64,000 nt of DNA from an uncultured Micromonosporaceae bacterium (GCA_964645345.1 CAZYCD010000002.1:27276-91275), one strand, 5' to 3'; positions 9,419 to 38,359 are shown, numbered from the stretch's first letter. Numbers and translations are program-made. Notes: generated from the letters alone by a model not told the origin.

Positions 9419-11587
9419 CTAGTTGGCCACCGCACCCTCGGGCGCCGGCGACGGGGCCGGCGCCACGGGTACCTCCGAATCCCGCAGCCCCGCCCGGCCG
9501 TGCAGCCGCTTCAGTGGGCCGGGTGCCCACCAGGCTGCGCGGCCCAGCAGGGACATCACCGCGGGTACCAGCAGGCACCGCACCAGCGTCGCGTCGATGA
9601 GTACGGCGACGAACAGCCCCAGGCCGATCTGTTCAAGCTGGCCCACCTTCGCCGCTGCGAAGCAGGCGAACACAATCAGCATCAGCAGGGCGGCCGACGT
9701 GATGATCTGGCCGCTGCGCTGCAGGCCCAGCCGTACCGAGGCGTTGCTGTCCTCGCCCGCATCGGAGTACTCCTTGATGCGCGCGAGGATGAACACCTCG
9801 TAGTCCATGGACAGGCCGAAGGCGAACGCGAACACGATGACGATCATGAAGGGACTCAGCCCGCCAACGGTCAGCGTGTGCAGCGGCCCGGACAGCCAGC
9901 CGTCCTGGAAGACCGCGACGAGCACGCCGAACGTAGCGGCCAGCGAGAGCGCGTTGAGCACGACCGCCTTGAGCGGGATGACTATCGAGCCGCTCATCAG
10001 GTACAGCAGGACGATCATCGCCAGCACCGTGATCGCGATGGCCAGCGGGAGCCCGGAGACCAGGCGGGCGTCGAGGTCGATGAGCACGGCCGCGTCCCCG
10101 CTGACCCACGACTCGTACCCGACGGGCCGGTCCGCGCGCATCCGGCCCACCAGGTCCTGGGCCGCCTTGCCCTGGCCGTCGCCCTTCACTGCGATGTCCA
10201 CAATGGACAGGTTCGGGTTGAGCCCGTCGGCCTTCTCCACGTGCAGCACCTCGGGGTCGGCGGCCCACCGCGCCGCGTACCCGTCGAGGGTGGGGGCGTC
10301 GGTACGCGCCACGATCCGCACGCCGGGCTGGCTGACCATGCCGAACCGGCTGTCCAGCACGTCGGCCACCTTCACGGCCTCCAGCGACCGGGGCAGGCCC
10401 TCCAGTTGCGGCACCTTGATGATGACGTGCAGCAGCGGCGAGGCGACCACGAGCAGGGCCGCCGCGGTCAGCAGCACCGCGATCAGCGGGGCGCGCTGCG
10501 TGCCCCGGGCCAGCCGGGCGAAGAAGCCGCACTCCAACTCGGCGCGCTCCTGCCCCGCTCCGCCGTGCGCCGCGGCCGCCGCCCGGGCGCGCTCCTTCTT
10601 CGACGGCTTGATCCAGCGGCCGAGCAGGCCGATCAGCGCGGCGGTGAAGGTCAGGCCGGCGAGCATCGCCACGAGCGAGGTCGCGATGCCGGCGGCGGCC
10701 AGCGCCCGCAGCCGGCCGATGTCCAAGGCCATCAGGCCGGTCAGCGACGCGGAGACGGTCAGCGCGCTGAAGAAGATGGTGCGTCCGGCCGTGCCCCACG
10801 CCCGGCGCACGGCGTCCGCCCGTTCGCCGGTGCGCGCGAGCTCCTCGCGGTAGCGCGCGACCAGCAGCAGGCCGTAGTCGATGGACAGGCCGAGGCCGAG
10901 CAGGGTGACCACCGTGATGACGTTGGCGTCCAGCGTGATGACCTGCTGGAAGCCGAGCAGGATGACGGTCGCGCCGAGCATCGTGCCGATCGCGGCCAGG
11001 GCGGGCAGGCTCGCGGCGATGATGCCGCCGAAGACGAACACCAGGACAACGACGGTCAACGGCAGCGAGTACATCTCGGCGTTGGACAGGTCGGCCTGGA
11101 CGGCGTCGTTGGCCTGGTCGCTGATCAGGTCGCCGCCGCCGACCTCCACAGTGGAACCGGGCAGTTGCGAGGAGAGCCTGTCAAGCCGGGCCTTGGCGTC
11201 GGTGAACGGCTGGTACTGCGAGTCGGCCTTCCTCAGGGTCACCTCGATGACGGCGGCGCGGCCGTCCTTGGACGCCGTCGGACCGGAGGCCTCCTTCACT
11301 CCGTCGACCGCGGCCACGTCGTTGACGGCCTTGCTCAGGACGCTCTGCGTCTGCTCCGCGTTGGCGTCGATGTGGTCGACCACCGCGAAGAACTGCTCGC
11401 CGCGGTCGATGCCGTCGTCGATCGCCTTCTGCGCCTGGCCGGTCTCGGTGCCGGGCAGGCTGTTCGTGTCGCCGAGGTGGTCGAACAGCGAGCCGATGGC
11501 CGTCGACCCGGCGATCATTACGACAAGCCACAGGGTGACGACCCACCACCGGCGGCGGAACCCGAATACTCCAAGCTTGGCAATCAT
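9419..11587 (-). CDS. MMPL (RND superfamily) transporter
   Basis: GLGLSIDYGLL..RYREEL, AGRTIFFS and FGLSMDYEVF motifs, two membrane repeats; leaderless ATG 7 nt after -10 CATCGT. Confidence 0.92.
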   Translation of the reverse strand: MIAKLGVFGFRRRWWVVTLWLVVMIAGSTAIGSLFDHLGDTNSLPGTETGQAQKAIDDGIDRGEQFFAVVDHIDANAEQTQSVLSKAVNDVAAVDGVKEASGPTASKDGRAAVIEVTLRKADSQYQPFTDAKARLDRLSSQLPGSTVEVGGGDLISDQANDAVQADLSNAEMYSLPLTVVVLVFVFGGIIAASLPALAAIGTMLGATVILLGFQQVITLDANVITVVTLLGLGLSIDYGLLLVARYREELARTGERADAVRRAWGTAGRTIFFSALTVSASLTGLMALDIGRLRALAAAGIATSLVAMLAGLTFTAALIGLLGRWIKPSKKERARAAAAAHGGAGQERAELECGFFARLARGTQRAPLIAVLLTAAALLVVASPLLHVIIKVPQLEGLPRSLEAVKVADVLDSRFGMVSQPGVRIVARTDAPTLDGYAARWAADPEVLHVEKADGLNPNLSIVDIAVKGDGQGKAAQDLVGRMRADRPVGYESWVSGDAAVLIDLDARLVSGLPLAIAITVLAMIVLLYLMSGSIVIPLKAVVLNALSLAATFGVLVAVFQDGWLSGPLHTLTVGGLSPFMIVIVFAFAFGLSMDYEVFILARIKEYSDAGEDSNASVRLGLQRSGQIITSAALLMLIVFACFAAAKVGQLEQIGLGLFVAVLIDATLVRCLLVPAVMSLLGRAAWWAPGPLKRLHGRAGLRDSEVPVAPAPSPAPEGAVAN

Positions 11588-11644
11588 GACGCCCACGATG
11601 CCGGACGGGTAGGACGAAATCAGTAGTCCCCGCGCCCGACCTGC

Positions 11645-11662
11645 GGTGGTGCTGGGTACACC
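11645..11662. promoter_or_regulatory. 18-bp response-regulator box upstream of MMPL
   Basis: GGTGGTGCTGGGTACACC, 44 nt upstream of -10 CATCGT (11600-11595); near-identical to 1158-1175. Confidence 0.65.
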
Positions 11663-11685
11663 CGACATGCCGTAGACAATGACGA

Positions 11686-11716
11686 CCGGCCCGTCCGGGG
11701 GTGGCGGACGGGCCGG
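11686..11716 (-). terminator. Hairpin ending the NRPS operon
   Basis: 12-bp stem CCGGCCCGTCCG / CGGACGGGCCGG with a 7-nt loop, just downstream of the MFS stop. Confidence 0.6.
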
Positions 11717-11740
11717 ACCGTCGTTGGGGGGTGGGTCGGG

Positions 11741-13006
11741 TCAGCTGAGGTTGAGTGCCCGCTCGTCCGCGGCCGCGCGGCGGCCGCCGAACGCGAGGAT
11801 CGCCAGCACCGCGATGACGAACATCGCGGAACCGACCAGGATCATGGTGGTCCTGATGGACAGCGCACCGAGTATGCCGCCGGCGACGAGCGCGCCCAGC
11901 GCGTTGGCTCCCGAGGCCAGCAGGGTGGCGATCGAGCCGACCCGCCCCTGCATCTCCTCCGGCGCGGTCTTCATCGTGTAGACGATGCCCGCCACGTTGG
12001 CGACGCCGGCGCCGTACAGCAGCAGGCAGAAGATGGCGCCGAGGGCCACCGGGCGCTGCGTGAAGATCATCGCACTCATCAGGCCGGTCCACATGATGTT
12101 CACGAGCATAAATATCCGGCGAATCCCGATGAGCTTCATGTAGAGGTTGCTTGTCAGCGCGCCGAGCATGCCGCCAACCCCGCTGGCAACCAGGATGTAC
12201 CCAATGATCGTCGGCGACCCGCCGTTGCGCTGCACGATGACCAGCAGGCCGATGCCGAGGATCTGGAACAGCACGTTGCTCGCCGCGATCAGCGCCAGCG
12301 CCCGCTTCAGGTACTTCTGCGACAGCACGAAGCGGAAGCCTTCGGCGATGTCTCGCACCACGTTGGGCCGGTTCTCGCCGTCCCGCGCGCCCTGCAGGTC
12401 CTGCCGGATGAGCAGCAGCGTGCTGAGCGAGATGACGTGCGCGATCGCGGTGGACGCGAACGGCAGCCACCGGGTGACCGCGAACAGGAAGGTGCCGATC
12501 GGCTGGCCGATCAGACCGGCCGCCTGGCCGCGCGCCTCGTTGGCACCGATCGCGCCGCCGATCTGTTGCTCGTGCACGACGGTGAATACCGCCGCCCGCT
12601 CGGCGATGGTGTACATGACGGTGAGGCTGCCCTCGACGAAGGCGACCGCCATCAGCAGCGGTATCCACACGTGACCGGTGGCCACGGTGACCGCGACGAT
12701 CCCGATGGCCACCATCCGGCCCAGGTCACACCCGACCATGACGGTCCGCCGGTTCCACCGGTCCACATAGGCGCCGGCCGGCAACTGGGTGACCAGGTAC
12801 GGCAGCAGTGCGGCGAAGGTCACCAGGCTGGTCAGCCCCGGCGACCTGGTCGCCCACAGCACCAGGAGGCCGTAGGCGATGGCACTGATCCGGGAGCCCA
12901 GGATGGAGATCCCGGCGCCCGTCCACAACAGAATGAAGCTGCGGTTCTTGCCCAGCGGCGTAGGCGGCAGGGCCTCCGGCGCGAACGACTCCTCGACAAC
13001 GGTCAT
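11741..13006 (-). CDS. MFS transporter (probable exporter or self-resistance)
   Basis: About 12 TM helices, motif A GAYVDRWNRRTVM, EEMQGRVGS; ATGA-coupled to the carbamoyltransferase. Confidence 0.9.
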   Translation of the reverse strand: MTVVEESFAPEALPPTPLGKNRSFILLWTGAGISILGSRISAIAYGLLVLWATRSPGLTSLVTFAALLPYLVTQLPAGAYVDRWNRRTVMVGCDLGRMVAIGIVAVTVATGHVWIPLLMAVAFVEGSLTVMYTIAERAAVFTVVHEQQIGGAIGANEARGQAAGLIGQPIGTFLFAVTRWLPFASTAIAHVISLSTLLLIRQDLQGARDGENRPNVVRDIAEGFRFVLSQKYLKRALALIAASNVLFQILGIGLLVIVQRNGGSPTIIGYILVASGVGGMLGALTSNLYMKLIGIRRIFMLVNIMWTGLMSAMIFTQRPVALGAIFCLLLYGAGVANVAGIVYTMKTAPEEMQGRVGSIATLLASGANALGALVAGGILGALSIRTTMILVGSAMFVIAVLAILAFGGRRAAADERALNLS

Positions 13007-13934
13007 TGCCGCTCATCCTCTCCATGTGCCGCAGCGGCCCACTGCAGCACCGCCATCGCGCTGTACATCTTGTTGTCCGCCTGCCGGAAGGCGATGCTCG
13101 CAGGCCCGTCGAGCACCTCGGCGGTGACCTCCTCGCCCCGGTGGGCGGGCAGGTCGTGCATGAAGACAGCGCCGGGACTGTCCCGCCAGAGCCCGGAGTC
13201 CACCTGGAACGGCGCGAAGACCGTTCGCCAGTCGGGATCGGGCTTGGTGGAACCCGTGGTCTGCCACCGGGTGGTGTAGACCACGTCGAACCCGCCCGGC
13301 AGGTCGGCCATGTCGTGCCGCTCCACCAGACCGCCACCGCGATGCGCCGCCTGCTTCTCCGCCACCGTGCGGATGGTCTCCGGCAGCCCGTACCCCGGCG
13401 GGGTACGCAGCTCCAGGACGGTACCCGGATAGCGGGTCAGGGCGAGGGCAAGCGACGTCGCGGTGTTGTTTCCCTCCCCGACATACAACACCCGCAGGCC
13501 GTCGATCCGGCCGAAATGCTGCATCAGGGTGGTCAGGTCGGTGAGCGCCTGGGTCGGGTGCTCCTCCGCGCTCATCGCGTTGACGACGGCCAGCGAGTCG
13601 GCCGCCCAGGCGCGCATCAGCGCCGGTTCGCCCGCGGTCCGCATGACCATCACGTCGAGCATTCCGGCGAACACCCGGCCGGTGTCCTCCCAGGACTCCC
13701 CGGTGTTGGTCTGCAGGTCGCCCGGCCCGAAGGTGATGATGCCGCCGCCCAGGCGCAGCGCGCCGCTGGAGAACGCGGTACGGGTGCGGGTCGAGGTCTT
13801 CGAGAAGAAGATCCCGACGACCCGCCCCTCCAGCGCGCGCCGCCGCTGCCCCGCCGCGAACCCGACACCGGCACGCACGATCGCGTCGACGTCGCCGTCG
13901 CTGAGATCGTCGACCGAGACGAGGCTCCTCGCGC

Positions 13935-13938
<4 letters not shown>
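13003..13938 (-). CDS. Ornithine-carbamoyltransferase-like enzyme (VioL-type diaminopropionate carbamoyltransferase candidate)
   Basis: STRTR, HPTQ, GEGNN motifs; HDLP in place of the canonical HCLP; ATG 13938 overlaps the NRPS2 stop. Confidence 0.88.
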
Positions 13939-31021
<17,083 letters not shown>

Positions 31022-31025
<4 letters not shown>

Positions 31026-34000
31026 GAGGTCTGGCCCTCCATCTGCAGCACGGCGGTGTCGGACAGCGCCGCGATCTCGTCCCGGATCCGGACCTCGACG
31101 GCCTCGGCCATGCCGGCGATCGTCGGGTTCTCGAAGACGACCTGGATCGGCATCTCGATCTCGAACTCCGCCTGGATCCGCGAGATGAGGCGGACCACCA
31201 GGATCGAGTTGCCACCGGCCTGGAAGAAGCGCTCGTGTACGCCGGGCGTGGAGCCGAGCAGCTCGGCCCACAGCTGCGCGATGCGCTCCTCGACCACGGT
31301 GCGCGGGGCCGTGGTGTCCTGCCCGGCGGCCACCCGGTCGGGGTCCGGCAGCGCGCGGCGGTCGACCTTCCCGTTGGCGTTGAGCGGGATCGCTTCGAGC
31401 GTCACGAACGCGGTCGGGATCATGTACTCCGGCAGCCGGTCCGCGCAGTGCGCGGTCAGCTCGGCGCCGGCTGGCGGCGCCGCCGGGTCGGCCGGGACGG
31501 TGTAGGCGATCAACCGCCCGTCGACCGCGGTCACCACCGCGTCGTGCACCGACGGGTGGCCGGCCAGCACCGCGCGGATCTCCCCGAGTTCGATCCGGTA
31601 CCCACGGATCTTCACCTGGTCGTCGGCCCTGCCGAGGAAGTCCATGGTCCCGTCGGACAGCCAGCGGGCCCGGTCGCCTGTCCGGTACAGCCGGGCTCCG
31701 GGCGGCCCGAACGGGTCGGGGACGAACCGTTCGGCGGTCACCTCCGGCGCCGCCGCGTACCCGCGACCCACCCCGGTACCGCCGACGTACAGCTCCCCGA
31801 CCACCCCGACCGGTACCGGACGCTGCGCCGGGTCGAGGACGTACATGGTGGTACCCGGCAGCGGGCGGCCGATCGGCGTGCTCTGCCCCTCCTGCGGCCC
31901 CGGTACCGGGTAGGCGCAGTTGGCCACGGTCACCTCGGTCGGCCCGTACTCGTTGATCAGCCGGCCCGGCCCGAGGATCCGTGCCCACTCGGTGGCCTGC
32001 CCGGACGGCAGCGCCTCACCGCCGACCACGTAGACCCGGGCCAGCGCGTCGATCGTGGCGTCGTCCAGCTGGTGGCGCAGCAGCTCCAGGTGGCCCGGGG
32101 TCAGCTTGATGAAGGAGAACGGCCCGGCCTCGTCCAGCGCCCGGCCCAGCCCGGTCAGCTCCAGGTCCCCCGGCAGCAGCACCAGCCGCTGCCCGGCGAC
32201 CAGCGGTCCCCACAGGATCGTGACCACCATGTCGAAGGCGACCGAGGAGAACAGCGGGGCGCCGCCGGTACCGGCGCCGGCCAGGCGGCCGGCCGCCCAC
32301 GGCAGGATGTAGTTGGTCAGGTTGCGGTGGCTGATCTGCACGCCCTTGGGGCGGCCGGTCGAGCCTGAGGTGAAGATGACGTAGGCGAGGTCGTCGATGC
32401 CGGCCGCGACCACGGGGGCCGTGGCTGGAGCGGCCGCGATCGTCACCGCGTCCGCGTCCACGAGCACCGTGGTGGCGTCGAACCGCCCGGCGTTCGCCGA
32501 CTCGGTCACCACGACCCGCGCCTCGACGGTGCCCAGCATGTACCGAAGCCGGTCGTCCGGGTGCGTGGGGTCCAGCGGCAGGTAGGCCGCGCCCGCCTGC
32601 CACACCGCCAGCAGCGAGACCACCAGCTCCGGCCCCCGGTCCAGCAGCACCCCGACCACCTGCCCGCGCCCGGCGCCCCGGTCCCGCAGGTGGTGCGCAA
32701 GCCGGTTGGCCCGGGCCAGCAGCTCGCCGTAGGTCACCGGTCGGCCGCCCCACTCCAGCCCGACCGCCGACGGCGAGGCCGCCGCCCGCCGCGCGACCAG
32801 CTCAGGTACCGGCAGCCACCACCGCTCGGCGGTCAGCCCGTTCCAGTCGACCAGCAGCCGCTCCCGCTCCCCGGCGGCCATGACGTCCACAGTGGACAGG
32901 CGGGTCTCCGGGTCGGCGGTCACCGCCTCCAGGACGCGCACGAACCGGTCCGCCATCCGCCGCACGGTGTCCTCGTCGAACAGCGCTGACGAGTACTCGA
33001 TAGCGCCGGTCATGGACCCGTCCGCGCGCTTCCACATGTAGAGCGTCAGGTCGGTCTTGGCGACGCGCGACGCGCGCTGGAACGCCTCGGCGAGCACCGG
33101 GTCCGGGTCGCCGCTGGTGGTTAGGTCGCCCTCCTGCAGGTCGAAGGCGACCTGGTAGAGCGGCGTGCGTGACATGTCCCGGTCCGGCTGCAGCTCGTCC
33201 ACCAGCCGCTCGAACGGCAGCTCCTGGTGGCCGAAGGCGGACACGCATACCTGCCGGGTACGCTCCAGCGCCTGCGCGAAGGTCGGGTCGCCGGCCAGGT
33301 CGCAACGCAGCACGAGCGGGTTGAGGAACAGCCCGACCACGTTCTCGGTCTCCGCCTGGGTACGGCCGGCCACCGGGGTACCGACGGCGAAGTCCGTCTG
33401 TCCGCTATGGAGCGAGATGGTCGCGGCGTACGCGGCAAGCATGGTCATGAACGGCGTGGCCCCGCTTTGCCGGGCTAGTTCGGACACCCGCCGGGCCAGG
33501 TCCGGCCCGATGGTGACCGGGACACCCGCGCCGCGCGCGTCGCGCAGCGGCGGCCGGGGCCGGTCGGTCGGCAGGTCCAGCGGTTCCAGGCCAGCCAGCG
33601 CCTCGCGCCAGTGCGCCAGCTCCCGATCCAGCACCGCGTCGGTCAGCTTGTCGCGCTGCCAGACCGCGTAATCGGCGTACTGCACCGGCAGGTCCCGCAG
33701 CACCGGCAGGTGGCCGGAGTGCCGGGCGCGGCACAGCTCGGCGACCTCCCGCTCCAGGATGACCGCGGACCAGCCGTCGCTGGCGATGTGGTGCACGGTC
33801 ATCAGCAGCACGTGGTCCTCGCCGGGTACTCGGACCAGCATGGCCCTCCACAGTGGGCCGTTCGCCAGGTCGAAGCCGCGGGACAACTGCTCGCCGAACA
33901 GGGTCACCAGATCGGATGCCGGAGCGTCGACCAGCCGCAGCTCGACCTGGCCGGCCGGTACCACGACCTGCGCCGGCTCGCGGTCGGACGTCAGGTACCG

Positions 34001-35998
34001 GGTGCGCAGCGCCTCGTGCCGCGCCTCCAGCGCGTTGAGCGCCCATTGCACGGTCTGCGCCTCGATCTCGGCCGGGACGCGCAGGAACACCGGCGACACC
34101 CACTCGGCGCCGCCGGGCTGCATCTGATCGAGGAACCACAGCCGGTGCTGTCCGAACGACAGCGGCAGCGGCGTGTCACGGTGCAGCGGGACGACCGGCG
34201 GGCCCGGCAGCGCCGGCAGAGCCATGGTGCGGTCGCTGTCCTCGGGGATGTCCACCAGCCGGGCCTGCGCCTCGACCGTGGTCGCCTCGAACAGCCCGCG
34301 CAGGTCGACCCCGCCGCCCGATGCCATGCGGAGCTGGCTGGCCAGCCGGGTCAGCACCAGCGAGGCGCCGCCGAGGGCGAAGAAGTTGTCGTGCACGCCG
34401 ACCCGCTCCACGCCCAGCAGCTCCGACCAGACCTGGGCGACCAGCCGCTCGGCCTTCGTGCGCGGGGCGACGTACGGCGGGCGGCCGTCGCTGAGGTCGG
34501 GTACCGGCAGCGCGGCCCGGTCCACCTTTCCGTTGGTGGTCAAAGGGAACTCGGCGAGTGTGACGAAGGCGGACGGGATCATCGGCTCGGGCAGCCGGTC
34601 GCGCAGGAACGCGCGCATCGCGTCCAGGGTCAACTCGGCGTCGGCGCGCAGGTAGCCGACCAGCCGCTTGGCGCCGTCCGGCAGCGCGACCACGGTCACC
34701 ACCGCGCCACGCACCTCAGGGTGGGCCGACAGCGCCGCCTCCACCTCGGCCGGCTCGATGCGCACACCGTTGACCTTGATCTGGTCGTCGATGCGGCCTA
34801 GGTAGTCCATGGCGCCGTCACCTCGCCAGCGCACCAGGTCGCCCGTGCGGTACAGGCGGGAGCCGGGCGCGCCGTACGGGTCGGGTACGAACCGCTCGGC
34901 GGTCAGGTCGCTGCGCCCCAGGTACCCGCGGGCCACGCCGGTCCCGCCGGCGTACAGTTCCCCGGCGACACCGACCGGTACCGGCTCGCCGTCCGGGTCG
35001 AGTACCAGTACCCGCAGGTTGTCGATCGGCCGCCCGATGGGTACCGGGCCGGTGGTCCACTCGGGGTCGACCGGCAGCGCGGTCACGTCGATCGAGCACT
35101 CGGTCGGCCCGTAGGTGTTCCACACCTCGGCGCCGCACTCGGCCAGCCGCGCGGCCAGCTCCCCGTGCAGCGGCTCCCCCGCCGAGAACACCAGGCGCAG
35201 AGTGACGCAGGACGGCCACGCGGGATCCTCGGCCACCGGCCGGAGCACCGACGGTACCCCCTGGAACACGGTGATCTCGTGGCGCAGCACCTCCTGCACC
35301 AGGGCGGCCGGGTCGCGCTCGGCGCCCGGCTCGGCCATGATGACCGTGCCGCCGCTGGCCAACGGGGCGAACAGCTCCCAGCCGGCGGCGTCGAAGCCCA
35401 GCGAGGTCTTCTGCAGCACCCGGTCCAGCGGGGACAGCTTGTGCCGGTCGACCGTCCACATGACACGGTTGGTGATGCCGCCGTGGTGCACCACGACGCC
35501 CTTCGGCGCCCCGGTGGAGCCGGAGGTGTAGATGACGTAGGCCGCGTTGTCGGCGGTGACGCCGGAGTCCGGCGGGCCGAAGGGCAACGCCTCGCCGCGG
35601 GCCACCGCGTCGAGGTACACCGGCCGGGCACCGGTACCGAGGATCAGCCCGGCCGAGGTGGCCTCCGCCAGTACCAGCCGGACTTCGGTGTCGGCGACCA
35701 CCCAGCGGATGCGCTCGGCCGGGTGGGCCGGGTCCAGCGGAACGTAGGCGCCGCCGGCCTTCCAGACGCCGAGCAGCGCCACCGCGAGGTCGGTCGAGCG
35801 GGACAGGCAGACCCCGACCAGCGTCTCCCGCCGTACCCCCTGGCTGCGCAGGAAGTACGCCAGCCGGTTGGCCTGGCGGTCGAGTTCGCGGTACGTGATC
35901 CGGGTCTGCCCGTCCACGACCGCCAGAGCGTTCGGGGTGCGGGCGGCCTGTTCCGCGATCAACTCGGGCAGCAGCCGCACCGGCTGTTCGGCGTTCAT
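31022..35998 (-). CDS. NRPS1: A-T-C-A-T, no starter C domain
   Basis: Two A domains, T motifs GGASL and GGNSI, C motif HHIASDGWS; AAAGGAG RBS before ATG 35998. Confidence 0.95.
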
Positions 35999-36046
35999 GC
36001 CTGCTCCTTTGTCCTGGGCTAGTACTGGTAGGGCGTCAATGCTCAC

Positions 36047-36097
36047 GGACGCCGGAGGCGTCAGAGACTCGAGGACGCCCGAGGCGTCAGAGACTCG
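36047..36097. repeat. Tandem 25-bp duplication GGACGCC(G/C)GAGGCGTCAGAGACTCG
   Basis: 36047-36071 and 36073-36097 match at 24/25; each copy contains a GACGCC/GGCGTC hairpin. Confidence 0.85.
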
Positions 36098-36293
36098 CGG
36101 CGTCCTGCATGCTGCGGCGCAGGCTCAGCGGGCGCATGTCCGTCCACACCTGGCCGATGTGGGCGAGGCAGTCGGCCTTCGGGCCCTCGGTGCCCTCGGC
36201 GCGCCAGCCGGCGGGCAGCTCACGGTCGGCCAGCCAGATGGAGTACTGCTCCTCGTCGTTGACCACGACGCGGTAGTTCGGCTCGTCGGACAT
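36087..36293 (-). CDS. mbtH: MbtH-like protein
   Basis: NDEEQYSIW...P.GW...CL.HI...WTDMRP.SL signature. Confidence 0.97.
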   Translation of the reverse strand: MSDEPNYRVVVNDEEQYSIWLADRELPAGWRAEGTEGPKADCLAHIGQVWTDMRPLSLRRSMQDAASL

Positions 36294-36347
36294 CTGTCGC
36301 TCCTTCGTTGGGTGATCCGTTGCGGGGTCGAGGGCGTCGGTTCGGGC

Positions 36348-37340
36348 TCAGGCTGGGCCGGGCAGGAAGTCCGGAGTGGACAGTCCGAGGCCCTGCTCCT
36401 GCGCGGCGGCGCGGACGAACCGGGCCAGCGCGATGTCCAGCACGCCCAGGCCGAACGGCGAGAACACCGCCGGCCGGTCGGGCGCGGGCCGGACGGTCGC
36501 CGTGCCGGCGATCAGCTCGCCGATGCTCGCGTCGATGAAAGCGCGGCCGCCGGTCTCCTGCTCGGCCAGGTGGAGCGAGGTCGACTCGCGGCACACGTGG
36601 TCGGCGTCGTCCACCACGTTGCCGCTGCCCAGGATCGTCGCGGCGGTCAGGTCGCGCAGGGACACGTGCAGGACGACCGCGCCGGGCGCCGCGGCGTCCA
36701 GCGTCATGTGCGGCGTGGTCGCCGTCGTGGCGATGCTCAGCAGGGGGTACCGGCCGACCGCCTCGTCTCGCCCCGCGGCCACCACGACCTTCGCCGTAGG
36801 TACCGTGGCCGAACACTGAACCGCGAACGCCTCGGCCCGCGCCGGCTCGGTGTCGTAGAGCACCACCTCGGACAGGCCGGGGAACGCGGCGGCCAGGAAG
36901 CGCAGGATCTCCAGGTTGATGACGCCGCAGCCGACCAGCCCGACCCCGGTGGCCGCCTCGGTCAGCAGGGTGGCGGCCAGCGCCGCGCTGGCCGCGGTCC
37001 GCTTGGCGGAGATCAGCGAGCCCTCGATGAGCGCCTCGGGCTGGCCGGTCTCCAGCGAGTTGAGGATCATCGCCGCGCTCGCCCGCGGCAGCCCTGCCCC
37101 TAGGTTGCCCGGGAACGAGGCGATCCACTTGATGCCCGCCGCCGGCTCGGCGCCGCCGAGGTAGGCGGGCAGGGCGATGATCCGGTCGCGAGGCTGGTCC
37201 GGGAAGCGCAGGAACAGCGAGTGCGGCACGACCGTGCGGCCCTCCTGGTGCGCCAGGTACGCCGCGCGCACTTCCTCGATGAGGTCACGCTCGCTGCCGG
37301 TCAGGATGTCCCGTACCACGCCGTGTCCGATGATCAGCAC
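36348..37340 (-). CDS. sbnB: 2,3-diaminopropionate biosynthesis protein SbnB (ornithine cyclodeaminase family)
   Basis: PHSLFLRFP, RIIALPAY, GIKWIASFPGN, ISAKRTAASA and FSPFGLGVLD motifs; GTG 37340 overlaps the end of sbnA. Confidence 0.92.
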   Translation of the reverse strand: MLIIGHGVVRDILTGSERDLIEEVRAAYLAHQEGRTVVPHSLFLRFPDQPRDRIIALPAYLGGAEPAAGIKWIASFPGNLGAGLPRASAAMILNSLETGQPEALIEGSLISAKRTAASAALAATLLTEAATGVGLVGCGVINLEILRFLAAAFPGLSEVVLYDTEPARAEAFAVQCSATVPTAKVVVAAGRDEAVGRYPLLSIATTATTPHMTLDAAAPGAVVLHVSLRDLTAATILGSGNVVDDADHVCRESTSLHLAEQETGGRAFIDASIGELIAGTATVRPAPDRPAVFSPFGLGVLDIALARFVRAAAQEQGLGLSTPDFLPGPA

Positions 37341-38344
37341 TCGTCGGCTCCTCTGCCCGAAGGGTCCTTCCACAGGTGGGAGACCTCGCCGAAGTGGCGG
37401 GACACCCAGTCGTCGGAGTAGATGGTGTCCAGGTACCGGTCGCCGCCGTCCGGGAAGATCAGAGCGCAGGTGGACCCGGGCGGGAGCCGGTCGGCGTACC
37501 GCAGCGCGGCGGACACCACCGCGCCCGAGGAGCCGCCCGCGAGGATGCCCTCGCGCGTGGTCAGCGTCCGGCAGGCGACCACGCAGTCGAGGTCGGTGAC
37601 GAGGACGACGTCGTCGACCAGCGAGCGGTCCAGCAGCGGCGGGCGCACCGACGCGCCGTGGCCGGGAATGAGCCGCCGGGCCTTCTCGTCGGAGAACAGC
37701 AGGCTGCCCACCGCATCGACGGCCACCAGCCCGGTCGGCAGCCCCTGCCGGCGCACGTACCGGGCGGCCCCGCGCATCGTGCCGAACGTGCTCGTCGCGC
37801 AGAACAGGTAGTCCACGCTGCCGTCCAGCGCCTCCACGATCTCCCGCATGGTGTTCTCGTGCGCCTGCGGGTTGAGCGGGTTGGCGTACTGGTTCGGGCA
37901 GTAGGCGTGCGGGATGCGCTCCAGCATGTCGCGCACCCGGCGCAGCCGGACCGGCAGGTACTCGCCGGTGATCGGGTCGGGGTCGGTCACCACCTCGACC
38001 TCGGCCTGGTACGCGCGCAGGATCGCCAAGTTCTGCTCGGTGGTCTTCGCGTCCACCACGCACACGAAGCGCAGCCCGTAGTACCGGCACAGCTGTGCGA
38101 TGCCGATGCCTAGGTTGCCTGAGCTGGACTCCACCACCACGGAGCGACCCGGTACCAGTTCGCCGTCGAGGATCTTCGCCTGGAGCATGGTGAGGGCCGA
38201 GCGGTCCTTGACGCTGCCGCCCGGATTGAACTTCTCCAACTTGGCGAACAGCCGCACGCCCCGGCCCGGGGACAGCTTCTCCAGCTCCACCAGCGGGGTG
38301 TCGCCGATGGTCGCGAGGATCCCCCGCACAGCCCTGCGTGTCAC
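37334..38344 (-). CDS. sbnA: 2,3-diaminopropionate biosynthesis protein SbnA (PLP, cysteine synthase family)
   Basis: KLEKFNPGGSVKDR, ESSSGNLG, NQYAN, RRLIPGHG and DGGDRYLDTIY motifs; adjacent to sbnB. Confidence 0.92.
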   Translation of the reverse strand: MTRRAVRGILATIGDTPLVELEKLSPGRGVRLFAKLEKFNPGGSVKDRSALTMLQAKILDGELVPGRSVVVESSSGNLGIGIAQLCRYYGLRFVCVVDAKTTEQNLAILRAYQAEVEVVTDPDPITGEYLPVRLRRVRDMLERIPHAYCPNQYANPLNPQAHENTMREIVEALDGSVDYLFCATSTFGTMRGAARYVRRQGLPTGLVAVDAVGSLLFSDEKARRLIPGHGASVRPPLLDRSLVDDVVLVTDLDCVVACRTLTTREGILAGGSSGAVVSAALRYADRLPPGSTCALIFPDGGDRYLDTIYSDDWVSRHFGEVSHLWKDPSGRGADEC

Positions 38345-38359
38345 GGCCGGTGCCTCCGA

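Noticed and set aside
8488-9600. Several 70-180 aa ORFs in the SARP upstream region
   Set aside because: No GC3 bias, no RBS or motifs, and mutually overlapping; no RiPP-precursor pattern or modifying enzymes nearby
31026-31988. N-terminal 321 aa of the 6017-aa track ORF
   Set aside because: Alternative frame inside NRPS1; the real start is ATG 31025, which overlaps the NRPS1 stop
36047-36097. Possible mini-CRISPR
   Set aside because: Only two units with a 1-nt gap, no spacers and no cas genes
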